DNA of 64,000 bases from Antedon mediterranea (taxonomy: Eukaryota > Animalia > Echinodermata), in the NCBI RefSeq assembly GCF_964355755.1, contig NC_092673.1, forward strand, positions 3,286,001 to 3,350,000, given 5' to 3'. Positions 13,101 to 26,286 of this stretch are shown here, one piece after another. Below the pieces are notes generated by a model that was given only the letters and a program-made list of their open reading frames with translations, ran no database searches and was not told where the DNA came from. The translations under genes were made by a program, and so were the position numbers. The stretch's first letter is position 1. Each line of letters begins with the position of its first letter.

Positions 13101-16100
13101 GATTACTGTGTACGTTTTCTTAATAATATTGTAACATGTAGAAGCGGCCTATGGCTTAAATCATAAAGAAAATACAGTGCATGTTACCGTTAAAATTTAA
13201 AAATGAGGCATGCACGAGTTGGTGTGGGTACGAGTTGTTGAAGTATGAGTTAGCCAAGTTGGGAATAGGTACGAGTTATTTTGGGTACGAGTTGACCACT
13301 TCTAGTCTAGTACTGTAGGACCAGGCCTACTCTTCGCGATACATCGCGATAGCGCCCACACGTTGAGCTTTGAATTGAGTTTGCTTAGCTAGGCCTAAAT
13401 GCTAAGCCTACATTTAAAAAGGTGTATGCTGTATTTCTTTATGATTTAAGTCGTAGGCTGCTACTACAAGTTACAATAATTATTATTATTAGTAAGAAAA
13501 CGTAATAATACTGTGTAGTATTTCAAATATGCTACCCTCTAATAATAATGGAATGGTCCATTTGATGATCTGGGTTTTCTAGTTCCATTTTGGAACTAGA
13601 AAAGTCAGATATTGATATCTGAGTTTTCTAGATCTAGGAAAGTCAGATATCTGAGTTTTCTAGATCTAAAAAAGTCAGATATCTGAGTTTTCTAGATCTA
13701 GAAAACTCAGATATATCTGAGATCTGAGTTTTCTAGATCTGAGTTTTCTAGACACCCGATTATTACTTCTCAGTGTTGCGGGAACCGCACAACTTTAATT
13801 CTCGTGGCTACGGCACTGAATGATGAACTGAAATATCAATTTCTATACCTGGTATAAATTTACAGGCATGAAATCCATATCTGCTAAACTATTCAGATCT
13901 TTACTAGCATCAAATACAACACAGTATATTGAACGTGGTGACAAAAACACCTGGTGCATGGTGTAATAGAGATGATGTCCGGCAAAATCCCAAATACTAA
14001 AAAGCAGCTTGGTCTTTTCTTCAAGACTTTCATCCTCTGACCATTTCATGTTAGTTTTCACCAAACGAGTGACGTCTTTCGGCATAGGATCATTCTCTAA
14101 TAAAGATAAGCAATTAGAAATAAAGGTTAAAAGAGTTTTTATTATTTATGAAGACCAGTTTGGGGTATCAAAATTTAATGAATACTTAAAGCTCTGTCTA
14201 CACTATCAAAAAGTGTGATGTGCCCAAATATGGTAGTGATATGCCCAAATATGGTAGTAATATGACATCATCATGTCCATATATGAGCACATTACATTTT
14301 TCTATCACATAAAGTTTGACAGTGTAGACAGAGCCAAGATTTGGAAGGGTACACATTATTTTGTCACTATTAAGCAGAGACACTACAATTACTATTGTAA
14401 AAGCTAATCAGCAGTTATTTCAACCGTGATTCTCAATGGTAGAATCTATGAACTAAATATACATACTGTAAATAATGTATGATAATATGGGTCAAAATCA
14501 AAATAACATAAAACTGTTGTTTGTAACTCTATTGTTAAATTGGTGTCAATAGACCCATTGTTATAATAAATATTGGTACATTTGTTTTCGATGACCAAAT
14601 GTAAAACTAGACTCAAGGAAATGAAAATCGTATTATACCACAGTCAATTGTTAGTTAAATTTAAGGTCCGTGTACACCATGTAATTCCTTATAAGGAACT
14701 AAGGAATTTCATTGTGTATCATCATCATGCACATATTTAAACAATATTCGATTTCAATTTATTCAGAAATTATGCTTGCTATAAGCTTCATGCACTGTTT
14801 GTCAATTACTAATTTAAACCAATTTTAACCATTCTAGGTGGAATTGATCTAGACACAGTACATGTTATATCATGTTATCTACCTACAGATCTTTGGGAGG
14901 TTAAGAAATTCAAAATTTTTGTTTTGAATATAGAATAAAATGATATCTCATTTAGGCCATAATGTAAAATATAGTTCAATAATATTCATAATCATTTTCA
15001 GAATTTTAACAGAATAACTACACAAACCATCATTATCATTTTTAGGCTCATCTACGACCAAGTCAGGTGTTTCTGGTGGTGATTCTGTTGATAATGACGG
15101 CACAATTTTCTTCAACTCGTCGGTTGTTTTCTTTGCTATGATTTGGGATAAATTATACCCTAAAAGTAATAAAATAAAAATGGTGTCAGTTTGTGAAGTG
15201 AAATATTGATGATGCGTTTTATAATTCAGTTTAATAATGGCTTGGTTTTCAACTATTGCATTGTGTGTCCACACATATAGTACTCTACAATTTATGTTTT
15301 CTCTACTTTATTTTCCACACTTATCACCCATTCTCTGGTTATAATTACCAGGTATACAAAAAGTATATCAAAAATATAAAAAACATTTTATATTTTTTAC
15401 GAGCACAAACTTTTATTCAAATTTTGAAAATGAATAAGAATATTATAAACCTTACCTGAGTCACTTACAACCTTTTCCCAATTGTCAATTTTGTCAATAT
15501 CAATGCGACATGTTGTTGGTGACGCTATTCCATCTGTCTTTTCCTCATTACTGTTAAAACTGAAGAGTAGAAATGTTGATGAATTTAAGTTAGAAGGAAA
15601 GAACAAGAGAGAGTAGTGGAATTGTAGCTTGCTGGTTAACATGCTTGCCTTCTAATCCAGGGTTCAATGTAGAGCTACAGTAGTGAGAGGGTTGTAACTC
15701 ATGACTCTTTTAACTCTACTCCCTAAGCCTCAAATGAAACTAGGCACAATAAATTATCAAATAGTTTATCTATACTGTAATTGCCGAGTTTTTGCTTGCT
15801 GTTGGATGCGTATGAAATAAAAAAAAAAAATTATAATAAAAGTACACTGTACAAACAAATTTTGAACATGAAAAAAGTTGCATGTTAGAATGAAATACTA
15901 AATATCAAAGTACTACTGTACTTACTCATGGCCAAGCAGAGCATTTTTTAAACTGGTTTTCCCCACTCTCTCTGGTCCAACCAGTATGAAACGTAGATGG
16001 CTAGTAGCTTTCTGCCATCCCTAATAGAAGCTTTGTATGCAGCTAATAGAGTGCTACGATTCTGTAACTCAAACGGTGCCTGGACTGAAAGTTTAAAAAA

Positions 16101-19100
16101 AACAGTTATTTTATGTTGTTACTGTTCTTGTAGCCGTCTTCTACTGAAGTCACATGGCCGATATTGAGGGATCCATATAGTGTTAGTTGACTTCACTGCT
16201 GGTATAAGGTTTTATTGCAAATAGCCTGATTTCGCAAGGAATGTCATTGCACAATGCATGATGGGAAGAGTTTGGGTGCAAACATCACGACGCGTATGTA
16301 CAAACAACAAATCACAGACGTACACGTTTGCTCCCAAACCCTTCCCACCATGCATTGTGCATGCTATTTGCGATAAACCTTATACTACGTTATACCATGT
16401 TATACAATTTTATTTTAATAATATTTTTTTTTTTTTTTTCACTTATTGAATTGTTTATGTACTGTGCGGAAAATATATTTATGTAAAATTGTATTTAAAT
16501 ATTATAAATAATGAAAACAAGTGTATTGACCATCAAAAGAGGAGTACCATATTATTAACGGGTAAATACTTCATTTTCATGTTTAAAATTGTCAAGACTA
16601 AAACAATAAGAAACAAAAAGATACAGCATGTTGATTGGGTCTTACCATTTATCCACGATTCAATTATTTCAATCACTGTGTCCAACTCCGGATTGTTATC
16701 GCTCTCTCGTCGTATTTTTATATACTCCAGTGGCGTACTGTTTTCCCACTAAAGTATAATAAAATAACAAAATTGTAAATATCAAACATTAATTCAGAAC
16801 ATTTTTATCTATATATAGACAGCGACAATATCAAGGTAATATTAATGACAGCAATGGTTACAGATAATGATGAGATGGTCGCTCTGTCTACACTTGTACA
16901 CAAAATGTGATGTGCCCATGTCATGATGATGTTAGCACTACAATATTTGGGCAGTTCACATTTTTTTTGGTCAAAACTTGCAATATAAACCAATCATACG
17001 AATATGACATTTATCTATTACTTTATGGCTATTCACCTTATCAGTAACATCAGTCTCAGCTCCAGCTTGAAGTAATAATTCTGCAACTTCGGGTTTTAAT
17101 ACAAAATAAAGCGGTGTTCTTCCACCCTATAGAAATATATACATAACTTTGTAAACATGTATCGTGATGTTAACAATTGGTTGTGTTTTTTGCTTTACTT
17201 TGAGTGATTGTACTGAAAATTAACAGCGGCGGATCCAGAGAACAAACATTAGAATATAGTGGGGGGGGGGGGGGGGGGGGGCTAAATGAAATTTAAGGGA
17301 GAGAGGGGTGGGGGAGGGGTGTGACACACCTTTTAATCTGTCACTGGAAAACTCATTTACAATACAGTGGAAAGAAGCAGCATGTACTGTATGTACCAAA
17401 GCAGCAGAGGCACTTCTATAGTTAAATCTGATAATAATCATGACAACAATAAGTGTGGATACATATAAGATAGTGATCATAATGGCATTTCTGATTATGA
17501 GTGGACCTGGTTGGAACAAGGAAATTTAGATTGCCTTGGTTGGACTAGGAGCATAATTCTATGATTTAAGCTACTTACTTTATTTCGTAGGTTTGGGTCA
17601 GCGCCTTGTAAAAGAAGTATCTTGCAGATCTCGACCGCATTTCCACGTACAGCCTTATGGAGGGCGGTTTCATTAATCTGCGAATAAATAAAATGTTTAT
17701 TGCTTATTTAAAATATTTTTGAAAAACATATTATTTTTTTTTCTATCAACATTATGGCAAGATGACAGGGGAGCGGAGTCACTCTGCTGGTGCTGACGTA
17801 CTATCAAACTTTATGGTGCCCAGCACACTCTATATGGACATGATGATGTCATATCACTACCATATTTGGGTATATCACTACAATATTTGGGCACATCACA
17901 CTTTTTTTGTCAAACTAGCAATGAACAATAATTCGAAACCACCCGGTGATAGACTGAAATTTAATTAATTCATTTGAAACGATCTGTGAGAATGAGAAAA
18001 ATTCGCCCCAACCGAGACTTGATGTCCTAACCATTAGACCACTGGGGCTTTCATGGTATTGTTCAAACTCGATTATACACATCAAAATAGTTAGTTTCTA
18101 AATAAATGTTCATTCACAAAATCTCCCTTCTAGAGAATTGTATACTGTACTGTCAAATATATAATTAATGTACGGTACCACAAATCAAATGGAAATTGTC
18201 TAACCAATAATAAAAAAAAAACATAATAAATAAAAATTACAATACCGGTGTTCTGTCATCAACACCACACAGAACCTCGTGGAGAATTTTTTTTACTTCT
18301 TTCACATCACCATCCCTTGCTGCACAATGCAATTTATTCCTGTCAGAAGAAGTAATAATATAATTATAATATTTTATATTTTACCAGAATCATATTTGTT
18401 GTTTTTTAATTATTGTAATTGTCTTTTTCTTCCATCTTTTTATTTTATTGTCGATGCATGTCATGTTTTTTTTTTTTTCTATGTAAAACAATCAAAATAA
18501 TGTGTTATGATTGATTATGAACAAATGAATAATTATGGGCTAACCATTGGCCATTGGTCAGCTAGGTGTCTCATCCTACTCTGACCAGTGACCTGTACAT
18601 GACAACACAGCGGGCACTATTGAACCAACATGATGTAAAGTTCTACTTTATTTAATATTAGTACTAATTATCATGACTATTAATCATGATAACAATAATG
18701 AAAGTTAACAAGTTGATAATGATATTTGTACATACGTAAATACGACCTACCGGAACAATAGAGGTGTTTAAATATAGTAGACAGGAAAAGCTTTTATAAT
18801 TGTTGGAACCCTTCCAAAAAATAACAAATACTGTACAGGCTTGTGAAATAAATAACACTGTTACTAGTCACGCTTGATTGGATGTTTTATTAATGTTCTT
18901 GTCACTAGTCTTTGTTATTGCATTTAGCTTCAATGCTCCATCTTTCCAACTTTCATAATTCTCTTAAGCCCTGTCTACACCATCAAACTTTATGTGACAA
19001 AAAAATGTGATGTGCCAATATATGGACATGATGATGTCATATCACTATCATATTTGGGCACAAAATTTGTCAAACTAGTTTGATCATGTAAACAGAGCTA

Positions 19101-19736
19101 GTCATGCTTTATCTTACTCTCCTTCAATTATTTCCTTAAAAACCATCTCTCTTAAACTGACATTTAATTTTGATCAAATTTTAATTTGAAACCCAAAGAT
19201 TGTATTGTTTGTTAATACAAATTGTATTGTTCTGATAGACCCTATGATCAGCTTCGGCTGGATGGAACACCCTTGTAAAATATGGTTGAAATAAATAATA
19301 TACATAATATATTTGATCTGAACAATTTTTGAGGGTGGGATCCTAATACATAAAAACATAGTCACAAAATACATGATAGGCCTATACAATATATCACAAT
19401 AATTATAAAACATGGTATAACTCACTTACAATTAATTTCAATATCTTGTAAACTATATAAATTTTGGTACAGATTGGGTAAATTTTATATCACATCAGAC
19501 AATTCATCGGTATCATGACTGATGGAAACTGAATGCATGCGACCTACTTGTGATTGATCCCTGTACTTATGATCAATTAAGTAGTATGCAAACAAATTGT
19601 TAAATGTTGTCTCATTTTATTTCAGTAGTCAAATATTTAACATAAGTGCAGCCTAAATGTAGGGCCTATATGATTCTATAATTTTCATTCTAAATAATAA
19701 TAATAAAACATAGCTAGGCCTACACTTACCAGTCAT
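7107..19736 (-). CDS. Roco-family protein: ankyrin repeats - Roc GTPase - COR - Cys/His-rich segment - linker - C-terminal hydrophobic helix; frameshift near 16010 in this sequence
   Basis: Probable start exon MTG at 19736. Ankyrin exons NKLHCAARDGDV (~18340-18246), INETALHKAVRGN...GADPN (17678-17580), GRTPLY...GAETD (17127-17038) and 16748-16646. Roc motifs GPERVGKTSL (~15990-15950), KTDGI, WDFAGHHLYYTMHQVFL (~13990) and IVGTHLD (~12080). COR motifs LHNVGII, VVLNPQWL, FFVPCQL and FLPEGLFHRL. Confidence 0.88.
8502..8573 (-). tRNA. tRNA-like gene or pseudogene (Pro-like body, TGT at the anticodon position) in a Roco intron
   Basis: GACTCTGTGGTCTAGTGGTATGATACTCGC-CCTGTAA-GCGAGAGGTCGCAGGTTCGAATCCCGCTAGAGACA followed by T6. 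Cloverleaf with acceptor- and T-stem mismatches and C33. Confidence 0.5.
12728..13818. mobile_element. hAT-like MITE split by a nested foldback element
   Basis: Imperfect TIR CAGGGCCATAGCCAC / GTGGCTACGGCACTG. Confidence 0.55.
12822..13757. mobile_element. Mutator/MULE-type non-autonomous foldback element
   Basis: About 200 bp near-perfect TIRs (GGGTGTCTAGAAAACTCAGATCT...) built from short subrepeats. Exact 9-bp TSD GATTATTAC at 12813-12821 and 13758-13766. Confidence 0.88.
16205..16382. mobile_element. Small MITE
   Basis: Inverted termini TAAGGTTTTATTGCAAATAGC / GCTATTTGCGATAAACCTTA. Confidence 0.6.
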
Positions 19737-20758
19737 GACGACGAACTTCTGCTTTGTTAGCACGCATACAATCCATGGTCAGACATCGTCCAGCCCCTTC
19801 GAAGAAATGAAGACGTTAATATAAAAATACCATAAGATTACTCACTCTCCGGGATTCCCCTTTTCAACGATGCGTGACGATTAATAAAACTGTCATTATC
19901 TTTATTGTGTACTGTGACTACGTTGCAGACTTTTGTTTTTATGATTGACTACTTGGCTAAGAAGGAATATTTTAACTATTTAAGGCTTTCAACTATCCAT
20001 ATAGAATAAAGTATTTTTATTTAGGATAAATAAGAGCGGCTGTTTATCCGTCATTCGGGGACAGTTTTCAAATATAAGTGTAGTTGAAAACCTTCTGTTT
20101 GATATCCTATAATATGCGTGTAAAAAAGTATTTCTAAAAATTTGTAACGAACAACAGAACTATTTTTGGATAGACCATAGAGTATAGTTCACTTATCTCT
20201 ATGAACGACACAGTACAATTAATTTTCATCGCATGACATGGCACATAAAGAAGATTTAGGCGTGTCAGTGGCTAATGTATTCAATGGGAATCATGACTCA
20301 CTTTTTGTAAATGACGTTTAAATTGAGACATAATTTAATTACATAGTAGGGACAATAATATATTCATATGGGTCCGACGTTACACCACCCTTTTAAATAG
20401 AGTGGTTAACAATTGAGGAAGTGTGGTATAAAGCTGTTGTACCGTGGGCGTATCCAATTCAATATCTCAGTGTAAAAGATAATAAAATTTGTATAACAAA
20501 GTTTCCGCTAATAATAGGGACTCAGGCTACAGTTCTTGCATAATGTCCTGTTCCGAACATACCGTCCTGTTCCGAACATACCGTCTTTTGTGAGAAATGA
20601 GAAAATAACTGACAGCGAATTGTAAACAAATTAATTGCCTGATGATGAATATGTTTGTGACGTCATTGGAATATTGTATCACTAAAGTGTTTGATTATCA
20701 TAGAGGCACTATAATATCTATATGATTAAATAGGACCACTGTTCAAATGTACAGTGTT

Positions 20759-20823
20759 TGGCTGATGGCTACGCGTGTGGCTTCATGTCATAACATCTGG
20801 TATTAGGCTTGCTGACTCTTTTT
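20759..20823 (+). pseudogene. Degenerate, truncated vault-RNA-like copy (v1)
   Basis: GGCTGATGGCTACGCGTGTGGCTTCAT... has the family 5' end and an upstream region duplicated with v2 (20590-20700 vs 20970-21070), but no B box. Confidence 0.45.
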
Positions 20824-21101
20824 AAATTGTATTAATTATACTATTTTTAAGGGTTAATGATACGGAGCGTGTCATTTTATGGATATTTTAGTTTTATGAA
20901 TGTACAGTAGGCCTTAAAAAGGAGTCATATTTCCTTTTATGTTTTGCAATCACCAGATTCATTTGAAAGAAATGAGAAAACAACTACTAACAGTGAACTG
21001 TAACAAAAACAAATTAATTTCCTGATGAATATGTATGTGACGTCAGTCAGGATTGCATCATTAAAGTGCTTGTTTAAATATTGTTCAAATTTGTAGTGTT
21101 T

Positions 21102-21205
21102 GTCTGGCTATGTTGTGTGGCGTCATCGTGATATATTGGTATTAGGCGGGCACAGTTGGTTCGATCCCAACCGAAATGATCGACCACTGACGCTGTCCAG
21201 TTTTT
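21102..21205 (+). ncRNA. vtRNA: Vault-RNA-like gene (v2)
   Basis: GTCTGGCTATG...GTTGGTTCGATCCCAAC (B-box hairpin)...ACCACTGACGCTGTCCAG-TTTTT. Confidence 0.7.
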
Positions 21206-21644
21206 CGTCTTTGCCATTTTATACAGAACCGTTAACGAAGATTTTTTTATATTCAAATGTTCTATAAACACCTCAAAGTTATTTCATAGAGTTCTGAAAT
21301 GGCATGAATTATTATACACATTTATTTAGCTTTTTAGCTCCGATGGCTTTATTACCAGTAAAAACATTAAGCATTAAAATCATTAACTTATTGTCCCCTA
21401 TGAACAAATATTTTTGTTGAATAATATAATATCATATTATATATAGTCAATTTAACCTAAAAATAGATCGAACAAAAATTATTACATGGAAAAACTGTAT
21501 AAAGCAAAATTACTCAAATAAACATTATTTTGTTTAGTTTTTTTATCTACGAAAGTGATTAACTGATTTCGGCATTTCCTGTTAAAAGTAATTTTTTAAA
21601 AGTAACATGATTCCACCGATATTATGATATTATTATATATTATA

Positions 21645-23030
21645 CTAGCAGTTATACCCGCCCCAGGGCGGGTTTCAAAATTAGTTTACAGCCTTCTCAG
21701 TACATAACACCCGACGCCAGTATATGCCTATACTCACCAACCTCCACCCTCTTTTCAATACCACCCCATACTCTTTCTTAAAAACAAATTCTTCCCAGTG
21801 ATGGACAAATTCAATTCAACCTAAGCTTCAACTTGAGAGGAGTATACCATAGCTATGATGGGTCTAATAATGGTTGAAGTACGTTGTAAATTGTGTAAAT
21901 GAATAGGTGTCATATTGGCTGATAATTAAAATATCTAATTTAGATACTGCGGCCCCCATAGTATAGCTATGATGGGTCTAATAATGATTGAAGTACGTTG
22001 TAAATTGTGTAAATGAATAGGTGTCATATTGGCTGATAATTAAAATATCTAATTTAGATACTGCGGCCCCATAGTATAGCTATGATGGGTCTAATAATGA
22101 TTGAAGTACGTTGTAAATTGTGTAAATGAATAGGTGTCATAATGGCTGATCATTAAAACCCATAATCCCTCAGTGGCAGTTGTCAAATGTAGTTTAAAAC
22201 ATTCGAAATACAGTTTCGGTCATGGTGATAGGCCTAAATCCCCACCCCAAAGTCCCATCTGCTTCCCATGGATGATTAAATACTTTAACATTTTCCAACC
22301 ACAATTCTGGTGTAAGCAAAATCCCCTGAACCCAAACCCTATCTCCCAACCCCACTCTCCCACAATTGACGTTTTTTCTTGGAGGATTGGTGATGTAGTT
22401 GAACACAGTAACAGTAAACATCATGTGTATGTTCACACAGGTATGGATGTCTGTAATGAGACAATCCAAGAGAACGATACATAGCTGGATATGGTTAAAG
22501 TACTTTGCTAAATGTGTAAATGAATAGGTGTCATATTGGTTAATGAATAAAATATGTAAATCGATATACGCCTTGCTGAGGATAATTAAAATACTGTCAA
22601 ACTTTTGTAGTATAATTTTACAATTCGATAGCCTACAACCCCGAGCCCTAGCAAAAAATGACATCACAAACCACCACTCCACCCCCCGCCCCCACCCCTC
22701 CCACAAAAACCCCAGGAGTCGGGGGAATTTTTTTAAATGTAGTTTAAAACCTTCCGGGTACAATTGCCATCATTTTGATACCCCATACGTATGGTTACGT
22801 GCAGACACAGAATTTTTTATAACGAACAAACATCGAAAGTGGGGGTTTTGACCACATTTTGGTCCCTAACTTGGATTCTAGGTGGCGGATGATGTTGAAA
22901 TATAGCTTAGAACATTCCCGGTACAATTGCGGTCATTTTGATACCCCATATGTAAGATTATGTGCAGTAACAAAATTTTGTATAACGAACAAACAGACAA
23001 ACAGACAAACTCTCTCACTTATAATATAGA
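21645..23030 (-). mobile_element. Non-autonomous Helitron with an internal ~113-bp tandem repeat
   Basis: Minus strand begins A|TC TATATTATAAG...(TTTGTCTG)n and ends with hairpin CCCGCCCTGGGGCGGG followed by CTAG|T; no TSD. Tandem units at about 21849, 21963 and 22076. Confidence 0.82.
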
Positions 23031-23034
23031 TAAC

Positions 23035-23330
23035 ACCTATATAAATTCCTGTCATTTGATTGGACGAATGTGGGTCACATGGCGTGCAATAGTACGCACT
23101 ATTCAACGATCGTTAAATAGTACTTTTTGAAACATTTTTGTTTGTTATTTAGATGTTATATAAAACAAATAATGAATGTTTTGTATTCGTGTAATGGTAC
23201 AAATAATGGCACTTGGTGAATGATGAAAGGTTATATCAACTCGGCTTTGCCTCGTTGATATAACCTTTCATCATTCACCTCGTGCCATTATTTGTACCAT
23301 TGCACTCATAAACATTCATTATTTGTATAA
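23035..23330. mobile_element. Long-hairpin non-autonomous element (Crypton-like)
   Basis: About 85 bp inverted arms centred on AACTCGGCTTTGCCTCGTT (~23240-23256). Confidence 0.55.
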
Positions 23331-23424
23331 TATTCAACTTACTCAGCAGTCGTTGTTGTGTGACCTTACTATGGCATTGCGTCAGTATGTTGTCGTTTAA
23401 ATACAGTTTAAACGTACATTGTTT

Positions 23425-23540
23425 GGCTGGCTATGCCGTGTGGCTACATCGTGATATAATGGTAAATATGTTTGTTTAAGGCACAAAAAGTGTTGGTTCG
23501 ATCCCAACCGAAATGGCCACTGGCGCCGTCCAGTCATTTT
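23425..23540 (+). ncRNA. vtRNA: Vault-RNA-like gene (v3)
   Basis: GGCTGGCTATGCCGTGTGGCTACATCG...GGTTCGATCCC...GCCACTGGCGCCGTCCAGTCATTTT. The termini resemble mammalian vtRNA (GGCUGGC...UACUUCG...GGCGC..UCCAGUCCUUUU). Confidence 0.82.
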
Positions 23541-24368
23541 ATAGGATTTCCAGTGTACTTTTGCATTTTTATATTTTTAATACAATATTATAACATTTAA
23601 TTTTTGTCAAAATATTTTTTTAAGACTTTTATTGAAGTCTCTGTATCATTTGTTTTAGGAAAACGGTAAACACTTTACTGTTTATTATGGGTGTGTGTTA
23701 ATCTCGAAGCATTCATTGTGCTAGTTTTAGCTAAATACAGATAAGCAGTCAATACAAAATGTTTTTATTGTATTGCATGAAGTGGTATTTATTAATAAAT
23801 AAATAAACAAGAAATATTTCTTACAAAAAACGCTGATCGCTTATTGACGTAACAGTTTTAAAGATATATTGTCCCTCTAGAAAATATTTTTTATTTCCAA
23901 TTTGTTTTTGAATGTGTCATTTTATTGTCACATAATAGTTATTTTAGGCCTACCTGAAAAAATGTAATTTAAAGCAAAAAATACTTAAATTTTCTGTCAG
24001 ACAATGGTTGTTGGGTTATAATTAAACGTTTCTTTTCTCTTTTATACGTGAATAAATATTATTTTTTTGTTACAGAAGTGAATAACTTTGATATGAAACT
24101 CAATTTCTGTCACTTTAGTTTATTTTATTGCTAAGTCGAGTTTCCATTTTAGCAAAAACGTCAGTGTCTATTACTATAACTAACTGCTGCTTGCTTTCAT
24201 CTAAAAAATGAGTCATCTCATGTGACGTAGCGGGCTAGAGCAGCAGCGTTATAAAAAGATAAAACATTTGGCGTGTCATACTTTGGGAGAGTCATAAATA
24301 TATCGACGTCATACAACGATTTCATCATCGTGTTATACCTTTATAACCGTGTTTAATGCGTTCTTATC

Positions 24369-24485
24369 GGCTGGCTTAGCTATGTGGCTACATCGTTATA
24401 CAATAGGTAGTATGTTTGAATCGTAATCAAAAAGTTGTTGGTTCAAGTCCAACCGAAACAGCCACTGGCGCCGTCCAGTCATTTT
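24369..24485 (+). ncRNA. vtRNA: Vault-RNA-like gene (v4)
   Basis: A box TAGCTATGTGG, B box GGTTCAAGTCC, terminal stem GGCTGG/CCAGTC, T4 terminator. Confidence 0.83.
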
Positions 24486-25225
24486 ATTTTTTTTTACAAA
24501 TACATTTTGGTATGTTTATCTATCTTATCTTTATACACATAAACATTATTCTTCCAGATATTTTTAAAAGAATTTTATATAACTTTCGTTCGGCCTACAT
24601 TTTAAAATTAACATCAATGTATTTAGGACTAATTTATTCAAAGCTACCATTGCCTTGACTTAATATAAGTTAACCCTGGTCAAGTTTGCAAGTCTTTAGT
24701 TTTAGGTAGGGCCTACAAACGGATCACGGGATTACCTCCAAGATCGAACCAGTTCTTCCTAATCGAACCATGCTTGTGTAAATCAAAAAGAAAATCAATA
24801 AAGATATTTCTCTTTTTTTTTTAAATTATGTGAGGCCACGAGATTGTGTGATATGCGACTTTATATTGTTTTTATGAAATAAAAGATTGCTAACTAAATG
24901 TCATTAATAATTTTATTTTCTTAATTTATAAGTTGATCTGTTTTGCTTATTTTGTTCTTGCTAAGTCACTCATAACTCATGAAAAAATATCATTCATTTT
25001 TGTATGCAAATACTACAATTCAGCGCGTTTATGCTGCAATTTTTATGGATATGCTTATATGTCATACAAATATTGTTAAAAATCGTGTATATAACATCTT
25101 GTACTATAAGGTACCGTACTGTATACATTTCACACTTGATTGAGCCTATTGGATTTCCAGTTGACAATTCATGGTATTGCGTCATTGTGTGGTGTATTCA
25201 AAAGCGATTATAACAACGAAATACT

Positions 25226-25341
25226 GGCTGGCTTAGCTATGTGGCTGCATCGTAATACAATGGTAGTATATTTGACTTCAGATCGAAATGTTGTTGGTTC
25301 AAATCCAGCCGAATTAGCCACTTGCGCCGTCCAGTCTTTTT
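25226..25341 (+). ncRNA. vtRNA: Vault-RNA-like gene (v5)
   Basis: GGCTGGCTTAGCTATGTGG...GGTTCAAATCC...GCGCCGTCCAGTCTTTTT. Confidence 0.83.
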
Positions 25342-25809
25342 AAGTAATTTTGGTTTTTTTACACTTTATTTGTACATTGTTCATATATTTAAAACATTCT
25401 GAATGTTTATTAGCGCCATTTTATTATTTTAAAACATTTTTGTTGTAGCAGCAATAAATGGAAAAGGCCTACCTGTTATCGGTCAATGAAAATGTTTATA
25501 TAGGCCTTCGCCAGCAGTCTGTGATCAATGGAAATAGGCCTACCTGTTATCGGTCAATGGAAATGTTTATATAGGCCTTCACCCGCAGACTGTGCTTAAT
25601 GAACAACCATTGGTAGGCCATGTTAATTTAAGCATATTGATTAATCGTGCATAACGAATTAGCAGGTGAACCAGCTGCATAAATATAACCGGCAAAATGA
25701 AATATAATTGTAAAAATTCATTTGGCCACGAAGGCTTGAAAAAATACCCCAAATTGCAGTGGAGTGTCAACAAGTAGGCCTATTTGGATAATTATAGGCC
25801 TACAGGATA

Positions 25810-25882
25810 CATATCCGACGGGACTCGAACCCGTAATCCACGACTTAGGAGGCCGATGCCTTATCCATTGGGCCACGGAGGC
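25810..25882 (-). tRNA. tRNA-Arg(CCT), diverged copy with stem mismatches
   Basis: 73-nt array unit with acceptor- and anticodon-stem substitutions. Confidence 0.65.
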
Positions 25883-25971
25883 TCTTTGTAAAACATTAAA
25901 TAGAAAACAGACCAAAATTTAAGTATAGATTGTCCCAACCAAGAATTTGGGTAAAAATAAACAAAAAGTTA

Positions 25972-26044
25972 CACCTCCGACGGGACTCGAACCCGCAATC
26001 CCCGGCTTAGGAGGCCGATGCCTTATCCATTGGGCCACGGAGGC
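25972..26044 (-). tRNA. tRNA-Arg(CCT)
   Basis: GCCTCCGTGGCCCAATGGATAAGGCATCGGC-CTCCTAA-GCCGGGGATTGCGGGTTCGAGTCCCGTCGGAGGTG, full cloverleaf, downstream T5. Confidence 0.95.
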
Positions 26045-26133
26045 TCTTTGTAAAACATTAAATAGAAAACAGACCAAAATTTAAGTATAGATTGTCCCAA
26101 CCAAGAATTTGGGTAAAAATAAACAAAAAGTTA

Positions 26134-26206
26134 CACCTCCGACGGGACTCGAACCCGCAATCCCCGGCTTAGGAGGCCGATGCCTTATCCATTGGGCCAC
26201 GGAGGC
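26134..26206 (-). tRNA. tRNA-Arg(CCT)
   Basis: Identical to the previous copy; 162-bp period. Confidence 0.95.
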
Positions 26207-26286
26207 TTGCTGTGAAATATTAAATAGAAAACAGGCTAAAATTTAAGTTAAAATTGTGCCAACCAAGAACTTGGATAAATAAGCTA

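Noticed and set aside
22173-22851. Longest ORFs in the track (189, 107 and 103 aa)
   Set aside because: They lie inside the non-autonomous Helitron and show no Rep/helicase or other recognisable motif.
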